From Rhynchopus sp. YZ270_cl-10 (taxonomy: Eukaryota), in NCBI GenBank assembly GCA_964035575.1, contig OZ037833.1:1178001-1242000 (forward strand): DNA of 64,000 bases, in the 5' to 3' direction. The notes beneath the pieces are model-generated. The model had not been told where the DNA came from, did no database searches, and saw only the letters and a list, made by a program, of their open reading frames with translations. The position numbers and the translations under genes are program-made. Every line of letters begins with the position of its first letter. Positions within the stretch are counted from its first letter, which is position 1. Positions 20,164-31,000 of this stretch are shown in pieces.

Positions 20164-20521
20164 TGATATGGGTGTGGGGTGATGTACTTTTGTGGTTCTT
20201 TTTTTTTTGTTTATTTGTGTCTGGAGGAGGTGCGGGGAAGGGTATGAAAAAAAAAGAAAAAACAGGGTGTTGTCAACTGTCCCAACAACACAGGCTCAGC
20301 CGGGTGTGGGTAGGAATAGTAAATATGTTTTGTGATTATTTTTTATTTGTATTTGTCTCTGGAGGGTGGGAACAACGATGGGTCTTACTTGCACAATATG
20401 GGGGAAAAAAAAAACCGTCCTATGAGTTGAGTGTATGTCTCTGGTGCTTTGAGTCACAGCGAGGGGTTTTTGGTGATACTGTTATATTTTTGGAGGATAA
20501 CAAATTATGGTTCAAAAGAAT

Positions 20522-20672
20522 CGCGTCCGTTCTAACGCGTCCGTTCTAACGCGTGCGTTCTAACGCGTCCGTTCTAACGCGTCCGTGTTAACGCATCCGT
20601 TCTAACGCGTCCGTTCTAACGCGTCCGTTCTGACGCGTCCGTTCTGACGCATCCGTTCTAACGCATCCGTTC
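20522..20672. repeat. Second, short block (~11 units) of the 14-bp satellite, same orientation
   Basis: TTCTAACGCRTCCG units. Confidence 0.97.
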
Positions 20673-20673
20673 A

Positions 20674-21137
20674 CAGCTGTCGCACATGTCGCAGTCTGCG
20701 TTTGAGACCTTTGAGCACACAACGGGGCAGAGGATTGCGCGCGCAACCGGCGGAGTGCGCCTGCCCGCAGAGGTCGCTGCCGTTGTCGAGACCTTCTCCG
20801 GATTCCACGGCTTCCCCCTCAACCCCGTGTCTGCACCGCTTGAGAAGGAGAACGTACAGGCTGCCGGGGACGTGACCCCCCCGTTCCTGCGCAACACCTA
20901 CAACATCTCTGCTGTGCCTGCCAGCGGCAAGTCGAACATCCAGGCGATTGCGCAGTGCCAGGGCCAGTACGTGCGTGACGAGGACCTGCTTTTCCGTGTT
21001 TGTGAAGTAAGCGTGCTATCTATATCATCGTTCACATCGTTGGGTTCATCAACCACAGCAGCTAGAGAGTGTTTAGGATTTCCCAAAAGAAAACCAAATG
21101 TGCTGTCTATCTCAGCATACTGTGTTGAGCTAACGTT
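20674..21137 (+). pseudogene. Internally deleted duplicate of the S53 peptidase locus
   Basis: 20674-20987 matches 25932-26245 and 20986-21137 matches 27654-27805, with about 5 substitutions in total; joined at a CT microhomology. Confidence 0.93.
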
Positions 21138-21388
21138 CCAACCCCCAGCTTGAGCTGGGGTTCGACCGAGTTTTGATCTTCTTCTTCCTGTGACCAGCTT
21201 GTCAGCGGAGAAAGCTCGGGAAGCACTAGTTAAAATCACTTTTCTCTCTCTCTCTCTCTCTCTCTTTTTCTCTTTCAAATAGAACGATGGTTTTGGCTGA
21301 GGCCCGGGAGTTAGGCTGAGGCCTTCCCTCCTCTACCTCTCTCCTATACATGACACAGACCCACTCCAGGTTTACCAACACAAACACA

Positions 21389-22701
21389 ATGCATCGGAAC
21401 CCATTCGCACGTATCATCAGGTTATCATCACCTGTGGTGCGGTCGTTCTCAGTTAGCTCGGTGTTGTCACAGAAGAGCATCGACCTGACTCACTTTAGGA
21501 AGCCGGAGGGGGAGGGACTTCACCCCACTGGCAAGTGGCACCTTGACTGGGCGGAATCCTTTTGCGACCTGCAGTTCAGTGATCTCGGGGTAACCGAGGA
21601 CTGCCTCCAGAACATCGACTTGTTCCCGGCAGAGAGAGTGTTTGCCAAATGCCCTGCCAGAAGGGACGACATCCTCAACGGAGAGTGGAAGCTGGACCTG
21701 GACGATTATCATGAAGTTGCACGCCCATTCCTGGAGGAAAGTGTGGAAAGCACCTTCGTAAAGCTGCAGCAAGTCCTCCGTCAGCACGCGATTCCCGATG
21801 AAACCCAGGTAGTGTCTGAAGCTTCGGAGTTCCCGGATGTGTTGGCCATGCGACTGATAATCTTATGTGGGTTCGATAGGAAGGGGTTCACGATCACCTG
21901 CCAACCAATCGATTTCAAGTTTGCCGGGATGCCGATCAACAGCGAGGCTGACGTTTACGTAGCAAAACGCCACAGCGAATCATCACATCAAATTGTGTTC
22001 ATCTGGGAGGACAAACTGTCGAAGGACAAAACAGGCAAGCTGAAAGTGACTAAGGGGATGCTGGAGCGCTCTGCTGCTCAAATCATCGGGGAGATGATTT
22101 CAGCGCACTACCGGAACAAGACGAGAAAGTATGAGCCATGTGAGGTGTACGCAGTCCGCCTGATCGACCACATGGTTGCCTTCTTCAAGCTGGATATGAC
22201 CGCAGCGCAGATCGAGGACGTGTGCGAGAAGGGTGTCATCCCAGATCCCAAGCTGCAGGTATCAACTTGCCTTTTCCCCCCCGTATCAACAAAATTACTC
22301 TACCCCACGGGTGGAGATCTGTCGCCGTGTCGATCGAAGCCTTTGTGCTTCACGAATCAAAAGGTTTAGACGCAGGTTGTCCTCAACGCTTAAGAAAGCT
22401 TTTATTATTACTTCACAGAGTTCAATTCTGTCGTGAATATTATTTTTTTTTATTGTATACTTCACACTCTTTGTTTTGACAGGTCGAGTACGTCCCGAAG
22501 AGTGCGTTGAAACCTGGTGAGAACTACGGAGTGAGCCTACTGGATCCTGACAACAGACTCTGGTTCGTGCAGATGATGGCGTGCATCCGTGCTGAGAAGC
22601 GTGAGATCCCGAAGCGTGAGTTGCTTCCACCGACAGAATGGACGTCGGATGCAATTCAGAAAAAGGTAGATCCGAGCGAACTAAGGCCTCGCAAAAGTTA
22701 A
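21389..22701 (+). CDS. PD-(D/E)xK restriction-endonuclease-fold protein; exons 21389-22258 and 22483-22701
   Basis: ADVYV...FIWEDK...AQIIGEMISA motif; phase-0 GT..AG intron joins in frame to the 22507 ORF; Arg/Ser-rich N-terminus resembles a mitochondrial presequence. Confidence 0.7.
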
Positions 22702-22871
22702 TGCTCATGGCATGTCTCGTAAATAAAGTTGATTAATTGTACCGTTTTGGGCCGCTGTAATTGTGGTGTAATTGTGCTCAGTTTTGGTCAGTTGTACTCA
22801 GTTGTGCGTAAGTGTGTGTACGTGTGCGTAAGTGGTAATTTTTTTGTTTTCTGCATGCTTCTCCTGCTCTC

Positions 22872-23200
22872 TTATCTTAAATTTAGTGCCCAATAATGCT
22901 GAAGATCGGCCAACAAGACTTCGATAACCTTCAGGTGTAGAGGGTAGGAGTAGAGGAACTTGAGCCGTTCACGCATCTCAAGCACCTCGGGAAATGTTTG
23001 TCCCTGCCACGAGTTCTCGTTCCTGCCTTTCCCTAGGAACTTCAGACACTCCATTTTGTCCAGGTCAGTGTTGCGCTGCAACATATCGGTGTTCATGAGA
23101 ACAAGTTCAGCGGCATTCAGCAGCGCAAACACACCACAACTGACGCTGTCGAACTGCTGCTTCTGTTTCCCAAAGTGGAACTTGATACGTGGACGCCGTT
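22872..23200 (-). pseudogene. Ulp1/C48-like peptidase C-terminal fragment
   Basis: QQFDSVSCGVFALLNA (QxxxxxCG) motif; His/Asp region not seen. Confidence 0.5.
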
Positions 23201-24237
23201 TTTTATTACGCCAGATACAAGTTAGAATATCCCGTTTACGTTTTCTTTTCAGCTGATTTTCCTTTTCTAGTGGTTGTCGACCAGTGGTTGTATCTCGGTA
23301 ACTGATCATTATTTGACTTCACCACGACTCTTTGGTCCCTATACATGTTGGTTCTCGGACCTCGTACTTTTTAGGGTTACATGCTTTATGTACTACTTAT
23401 ATGTAGTTATGTATTTTCCAAGTGGATCCGACTACCCGATGTTTTACATCATTTTCTTTTACTTTTAATCCTACCTTGCGAAAAACACTCCCACCCTCCC
23501 CAATACATAAATCTGTTTTTGTCCCCAGACTGCCCCCCTGTTTTGGATGCGGAGTGCCTTTTGTTTTAAATAAAAAGTAATTTATTTGGTGTGGCTGACG
23601 ACCCCAAAATAGCAGAAAATAGCAGAAAGTAGCAGAAAGTAGCACCCCCTTTCAGCCACACCAATATTATTGCTTTTATCTATTCAAAAAAAAAATATTT
23701 ATTTATCAAAAACCCCTTTGGTGTTCCGGAGGGGGGATATTGACAGGTCCTTGACACACGGCGGGAATTATGTTTCTTCCAAAAAACACCTGCATTTGGG
23801 TTTTTGGAATCCGTCCGTCCAGTAGTGGGGTCACTTTGCCAAAATGGACAAGTTTTGAGTACATACGTACACTGAGTGACTTTACCATCGTGTAGTCATT
23901 CAGTCAGCAAGTCAACATGGGAAAAGTGCGGAAAAAGTGCGAATAAGTGAGGAACAGTGCGGAGAAAGTGCGAAGCACCCCCCTTCAGCCACACTAATTG
24001 TGTGTTTACTTATTTTTTATATAAACCCCCCCCTCCGGATATTATTTACTAAATTGGGAGTAAATAATAAACGGGAGAGTAAATAATAAACGGGGTTTAT
24101 TTATTAAAACTGTTTTTTTACGTTAGAAATTAGTAAATAATAAGTGGGAGAGTAAATAATACCCGTGAAGTAAATAATAAGTGGAGGTAAATAATATTCG
24201 TGGGGGGGGGGTAGGGGGAGCAGTGAGACCCTTTTTT

Positions 24238-25215
24238 CTGTCACACCCCCCAAAAAATCATGAAAAAGTGTAAAAAAAATATCCGAAAACACAAAACCAC
24301 CCCAGAAAACACATTTGTGGGACTATTTCTTACGTTTTGGTGCCTTTTTGGCACTTTTTGGCACTTTTTTTCTCGATTTTTCGACACTTTTTGTCGCGTT
24401 TTCACCCAAATTCCCCCTTTTCAGAGGGGATTTGATACAAGGCGATTTATCAAAAAATTCAAAATTTTGAAATAGCCCAAAACAAGAGGAAAAGTGGTTT
24501 TTTCCAGTCATATGTGTGCACGGAGTGATTTCCGTGGGGTTTTGGAGCCAAAAGTCCAGTTTTTTTCATGTCTTTGCTGAAAATTTTGAATTTTTTTTAT
24601 ACACAAAAACCACATTTTAGCCGGGAGGAAGAAGTGTGACAGAAGTGTGACATCTGAGAGGTTTCGAGCCAGAGGTCACCAAAATGGGCAAAACCATCTG
24701 AAAACAATTTTTTCCACCCCCAGTGGGGTCCGGCAATCACTTTCGAGTGGTTTTGGGGACTTATGTGAACCTGTGGACAATTTTTTTGGGGTTTTTATGT
24801 GTGTAAACATGCTAAGAAGTGAGGGCAGTACTGCTTTTTTAAGTGTTTCAGACACTACAGAATACATCTGGGGCCCACACAGGACCCCTAAAAGCTGCAA
24901 AAACCATACATTTCCACCCTGGGACCCCACCGGATGTGGACCGAGGTGGTTTTCGGGTGCTTAGAAGGCCTAATGTCTCCTCAAATATTTTTTTTGAAAA
25001 GTGTTGAAAATGGACCCAATAGCGTTACGCGAGCGTTACGCATTTTTGGCCTTTTTTTCGCAAAAAACCGATTTTTTTTTAATCGGGAAAGTCTCTGTAG
25101 AGGTCGTCAGGTGGTTTAATGGGATATTTGGGTGATCCCCAGGGCGATTTGCGGCCAGGTACGACCTTTTTGGTGGATTTCTTCACCTAAATTTCAAAAA
25201 AATGGGTTTGTGACA
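24238..25215. mobile_element. Putative non-autonomous TIR element with CTGTCACA...TGTGACAG ends
   Basis: Short inverted ends related to those at 40121/42510; no clear TSD. Confidence 0.45.
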
Positions 25216-25559
25216 GTATTTGTACAGGGATTTATACACCACTGACCCCCCTAGTGGGGGGGGGGGGGGGGGGTTTTTACCATATTGACATGGTGGAGGG
25301 GTGGGTCTAACGGGTTATTGTAGTTGCCATTCCATTCCGTGTTGGGTTGATACAGTGCATAATAATAGCAGGGAGAGAGGAAAAAACAAAAAAAGACAGC
25401 GATCCTCACAACTTTTTACCCTTCACCTCGTTCTCATCGGTGAAACTGGCGTTTTTCACCCCCGCCTCGCCTCCCCTGCATACCATCCCCCTGCCCTTCC
25501 TCTGAAATCACACCATATACACACGACAGGACTTGAGAAACATCAATTTTTGCAGAACA

Positions 25560-27212
25560 ATGCGTGTCTTGTGCCTTGCAGTGCTCATGGCACTCTCATC
25601 GGCAGAGCTTGTGAAGGTGCACACCACGATCAACACCCCGCTCGGATGGAGCAAGGTGGACGCTGACATGGACACGAACCAGGTCTACGACAACGTTGTG
25701 ATTGGGATGAAGCGTGCGAACCCCAAGGCTCTGCAGCAGCTTGTGGACGACGTCTCGAGCCCGAAGAGCGCGAACTACCTGAACTACCCGTCCTACGAGC
25801 AGATCGGGAACATGGTGCGCCCGTCGGCACAGAACACGGCTGTGGTGAAGAGGTGGCTGGCCGAGCACGGCATCCGCACTGTGGTGGAGCACCCGCACGG
25901 CGACCACATCAGGATTGAGGCGACGCTGGAGCAGCTGTCGCACATGTCGCAGTCTGCGTTTGAGACCTTTGAGCACACAACTGGGCAGAGGATTGCGCGC
26001 GCAACCGGCGGAGTGCGCCTGCCCGCAGAGGTCGCTGCCGTTGTCGAGACCTTCTCCGGATTCCACGGCTTCCCCCTCAACCCCGTGTCTGCACCGCTTG
26101 TGAAGGAGAACGTACAGGCTGCCGGGGACGTGACCCCCCCGTTCCTGCGCAACACCTACAACATCTCTGCTGTGCCTGCCAGCGGCAAGTCGAACATCCA
26201 GGCGATTGCGCAGTTCCAGGGCCAGTACGTGCGTGACGAGGACCTTGCGAACTTCTGCAAGAAGTACGACGGCGGTGCCGACTGCAAGATCGCAAAGTAC
26301 ATCGGGAAGGACAAGCAGATCCTGCCCGGTGTGGAGTCGATGCTTGACACCGAGTACATGGTGCCGATTGGCGGTGCCCCGACGTGGGTGTACTCGTACC
26401 CCGGAACCGACTTCTGCGCAGACCTGATTGAGTTTGCCGGGAACGTGTCCTCGGAGGCCGAGCACCCGTCTGTGATCAGCATCAGCTACGGATCCCAGAA
26501 GATCGACTTCTGCGAGACATCGCTGATTGCGCGTTTCAGCGTGGACGTGCAGAAGCTGGCCGCCCTTGGTATCACTGTGATGATCTCCAGCGGCGACGAC
26601 GGCAGTGGCCACTCGACCCGCCAGGGCATCAACGCAGGCAAGCTGAGCCCGTCGTACCCCGCATCGATCCCGTACTGCGTGGCTGTTGGGTCGACCTGGT
26701 TCCAGCACGGCACGTCTGGCGCTGAGGAGGCCACCACACAGTTCGGATCGGGCGGAGGGTTCTCCTACGACTTTTCCGCCCCGTCGTACCAGACTGACGA
26801 CATTGCGACCTACCTGAGCACCGTGTCGCTCCCGAAGCTGTCCTACGCCACTGGCGGCCGTGGCTCCCCTGACGTGTCGACCCTTGGCCAGTCCTTCACA
26901 GTCATGTGGCACGGGCTTCTCGAGGCTGTCGGCGGCACCTCTGCGTCGTCCCCGACCTTCGGAGGCATTGTGACCCTGCTGAACGAGGTCTGCCTTGCTG
27001 AGTCCGGGAAGACCCTCGGGTTTGCCAACCCCCTTTTCTACCAGAACCCGCAGATCTTCCGTGACGTGACCAAGGGCACCAACGCCATTGGCAAGAACAC
27101 CCAGGGATGGGAGGCCATCAAGGGATGGGACGCGTCCACAGGACTCGGAACACCAGACTTCCCGCTCATGGTTTCAGCCGTGAAGCAGGCCTGTGCCAAC
27201 GCCAGGAACTGA
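25560..27212 (+). CDS. Secreted S53 (sedolisin/tripeptidyl-peptidase I-like) serine peptidase
   Basis: Signal peptide, prodomain, ESMLD (Glu/Asp), SSGDDG, GGTSASSP (Ser), GWDASTGLGTP Ca-binding site. Confidence 0.95.
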   Translation: MRVLCLAVLMALSSAELVKVHTTINTPLGWSKVDADMDTNQVYDNVVIGMKRANPKALQQLVDDVSSPKSANYLNYPSYEQIGNMVRPSAQNTAVVKRWLAEHGIRTVVEHPHGDHIRIEATLEQLSHMSQSAFETFEHTTGQRIARATGGVRLPAEVAAVVETFSGFHGFPLNPVSAPLVKENVQAAGDVTPPFLRNTYNISAVPASGKSNIQAIAQFQGQYVRDEDLANFCKKYDGGADCKIAKYIGKDKQILPGVESMLDTEYMVPIGGAPTWVYSYPGTDFCADLIEFAGNVSSEAEHPSVISISYGSQKIDFCETSLIARFSVDVQKLAALGITVMISSGDDGSGHSTRQGINAGKLSPSYPASIPYCVAVGSTWFQHGTSGAEEATTQFGSGGGFSYDFSAPSYQTDDIATYLSTVSLPKLSYATGGRGSPDVSTLGQSFTVMWHGLLEAVGGTSASSPTFGGIVTLLNEVCLAESGKTLGFANPLFYQNPQIFRDVTKGTNAIGKNTQGWEAIKGWDASTGLGTPDFPLMVSAVKQACANARN

Positions 27213-28089
27213 ACTAAGCCATCGGGTCTAAGTTGAGTGAGCTGACGTGACGGCGAAATCCCAAAGCTTTGCGCACTCGTGTTTGTGTTTCGGTTTTGTT
27301 CATGTTTTTTGACTATAAATTCCATTTTCGTAGCTCTTGTTTTGTTTCCCCTTGCTTTTACTTTTCTTCGAGTGCGTTTTCTTCTTTTGCTTTCCTATTT
27401 GTTTTACAGTGCCTGCGTCCCAGAGGTGTTGTGCACTACTCAACTTCAATTTCAATTTGATTGTTATTTCTTCGTTTCTCCCTCCCACCACGTATCGTAT
27501 CGTGTTGTAGTTGCTGTCTGACAATGTGTCTGTGTTTGTGTCGGTAGACCACCACAGCCACAGGATGGCAATACCACACGCATCCATTTGTGAAGCTAAT
27601 GTGTGGCGTGTTTTGCTTTTTATCTTCCCCCCGTCTGTCTTTGCTATTTTCCACTGCTTTTCCGTGTTTGTGAAGTAAGCGTGCTATCTATATCATCGTT
27701 CACATCGTTGGGTTCATCAACCACAGCAGCTAGAGAGTGTTTAGGATTTCCCAAAAGAAAACCGAATGTGCTGTCTATCTCAGCATGCTGTGTTGAGCTA
27801 ACGTTACAAATTTGTCTCATTTTCCCCCTTTGATCCCCTCGAATGAGGGTATCTTCAATTATAATAATTACTGTACCCACCCCACACACTGATTTTCTCC
27901 TTTTACGCCCCTTCGTTGTGCGTACCCACCACACCACGACACCACGACACCCACCCTGCAGGTTTTAACCTTGTACACATTAGAAAAAGAGTGCGTGACA
28001 AAAGACACATTGAAGAGCGGTTCTCAGCAAAGAACCACACAAAAAGAAGCAGCGTCATTTTCAGTCAGTGTTCTTCTTCTTCGCTGCAC

Positions 28090-31000
28090 ATGATGTTGCG
28101 TGCAGCTCTGCTCGCAGCAGCGTTGCTGCTCCCCTCGGTGTCTGCCGACTACCAAGACTTCTATGAGGGCACGTGCACAGAGCTGTCTGTGTCGTCCAAG
28201 GAAAAGGCATTGCAGTGCGCATGCAAGCCGCAGGCAGACCAGCTCTACGCGTCTGTTGCTGACAAGATGTACACCCACCAGCACTGCCTGGACGGGCGCA
28301 TCCGTGGTGGGCTTGGTGCGAAGACACTCTTCTCCCTTTATCCGGAGAACATCTGCGACGGGCAGCCGATGCCAATGAACTCCTTCCCCGACTGGAGCAG
28401 CCCGGACACCATGTACGTGTACTGGGTGGAGGACTCAGACGACTGGACGACTGCGGGCACACACATTGAGAAAGTGCGTTTCACGGACAGCGGGGCAGAG
28501 ATTGTTGCACACATCAAGCTGCCGAAGTGCGTGCACGGAGGTGGCCTGGCCCGTGGTAAGGGCGACACCCTTGCTGTGATGTGTGCTGAGGTTGCGGGGT
28601 GGACGGAGTGGCTGCACCTGAAGGTTGTTGAGGTGTCTCCAGACCTGTCCAAGGAGGTGCGCCGCTTCAGCGTGCTCCAGGAGGAATGCCGTGCAACAGG
28701 CGAGTGCGGGGGAGGATACCCGATGATGAAGGGGGCTGACTTCCGTCTTGTTGAATACATCCCGTCGCGCAACTGGTACGTTGCCTTCCACAACGGTGAG
28801 TCGGGTGGGCACGTGGCCGACGCGATCACCTTCTGGGACGGCGACACGGAAGAGCAGGTGTCTGGCTACGGGGACAACTGGGCGTGCACGGGTGGGCACA
28901 CGGAGACAGGACGCATGGCGTACAACGCGGAGGTGGACGAGCTTGCCGTGCTCTGCTGTTCGGACCTGGGTGGCACCTGCAACGACCCCGCTAAGGACAA
29001 CTGCGACGTCGACAACAAGTGGAAGAACGGGCTTGTTTTCCGGTCGCACATCGAGAAGGTGGGTCCCATCACCGTCGCACCCTTCCAGTGCGTTAACAAC
29101 CAGGCAATCTCTGGCTGGCTTGGCGACCTCCTGCCATGTGGCGACGGGTACGTGCAGGCGTGGCAGGGTCCTGACGGAGGGAAGGATGTCTTCGACTCGC
29201 AGACGAACGACGTGGGCTTCATGCGTCTCTCGAAGAGCGGCGAGGTGTTGCTGAAGAAGTGGGTGATCAAGACAACGGGCACACGCGAGCGCAGTGTGAA
29301 GCTTGCGAAGCTTGGGTCTGGTAACTGCGACCGCTTCCTGCTTGGGTGGGGTGAGATGGCGGCGGACGCGTACTACCCTGCTAAGTACTTCCTGAAGGAG
29401 ATTGACGGTGACGGGAACGACCTGACTGAGCCTATTGAGGTGACGGAGGCGACGATGTGGGGTGAGGACTCGCAGTGGGCAACACTTGGCAACGGTGACG
29501 TCGCCTGGGCACACACGTGGAAGCGCAACGATGACGGCACACCGAACAAGGTTGGCGAGATGACTGACGGCAGCGAAGGCGGCAAGTCCTGCACATGGAA
29601 CGGCAACGGCTACGGCTACACATGGGGCACGCTTGACGACCGTCCAGGAGGCCGCTTCCACACGAACGAGGCCTTCACCACACGCTACTACTCGAAGGAA
29701 GTCACAGAGCCGACATCGGCCCCGCCAACAGATGTGCCCGCAGCAGATGTGGACGAGTGCGCAGTCATGATGCCCTGTGGTGATGGACAGACATGCACGG
29801 AAGTGGACATGCAGGTGACAGGCGACTTCACATGTGCGTGTGTCAGTGATGCTACAGTGACAGCGACAGGCAAGCCCGCAGACTGTCCCCTTGATGAGTG
29901 TGAGGCAAAGCCGTGTGGCGACGACCAGACCTGTGAGGATCCAGACACATCTGCGGCTGTGCTCAACGATTATACCTGCACCTGCACTGCTGATGCCTCA
30001 ATCAAGGCAACAGGTGCGGCAGCAACTTGCACGATTGATGAATGTGAGGCGAAGCCGTGTGGAGATGGCCAGACATGCTCCGACCCAGACACAAAGTACA
30101 GCAGCCAACACGATTTTGTGTGCACTTGCGATGTTGACACAACCATCACACAGAAGGACGGACCTGCAACATGCTCGAAGGACGAATGTGAGTCGAACCC
30201 TTGTGAGGCTGACCAGACCTGCGAGGACCCTGTGAAGACGCTCAAGAGCCTGAAGGACTTCACCTGCACCTGCGACAACGGAGTGAAGGCAACCGGTGGG
30301 GCAGCAACTTGCACGATTGACGAATGCGAGGCGAAGCCGTGTGGGGATGGCCAGACCTGCTCCGACCCAGACACAAGCTACCTCGTGCAGCACGACTTCG
30401 TGTGCACTTGCGATGTTGACACAAGCATCATTCAGAAGGACGGACCTGCAACATGCTCGAAGGACGAATGTGAGTCGAACCCATGTGGCGATGCCCAGAC
30501 ATGTGAGGACCCTGTGCAGACGCTCAAGAGCCTGAAGGACTTCACGTGTACATGCGACAACGACGTGAAGGCAACCGGTGGGGCAGCCACGTGCACTCTT
30601 GATGAATGCGAGGCGAAGCCGTGTGGAGATGGCCAGACCTGCTCCGACCCAGACACAAGCTACCTCGTGCAGCACGACTTTGTGTGCACCTGTGACGTCG
30701 ACACAGCCATCACGAAGACTGACGGACCTGCAACATGCTCGAAGGATGAATGTGAGTCGAACCCATGTGGCGATGCCCAGACATGTGAGGACCTTGTGCA
30801 GACGCTCAAGAGCTTGAAGGACTACACCTGCACCTGCACTGATGATGCCTCAATCAAGGCAACAGGTGCGGCAGCAACTTGCACGATTGACGAATGTGAG
30901 GCGAAGCCGTGTGGAGATGGCCAGACCTGCTCCGACCCAGACACAAAGTACAGCAGCCAACACGATTTTGTGTGCACTTGCGATGTTGACATAACCATCA

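Noticed and set aside
18116..20521. Right terminal inverted repeat of the virus
   Set aside because: No reverse complement of AGTAATAGGAG or of the CCCTGGCACCA repeats found by eye here or elsewhere in the window.
20686..21153. 155-aa ORF as a functional peptidase
   Set aside because: Chimeric fragment lacking the signal peptide and catalytic residues; runs into duplicated intergenic DNA.
25596..26912. Long antisense ORFs over the S53, EGF, WD40 and viral genes
   Set aside because: Shadow frames expected from GC3-biased codon usage; the opposite strand carries recognisable proteins.
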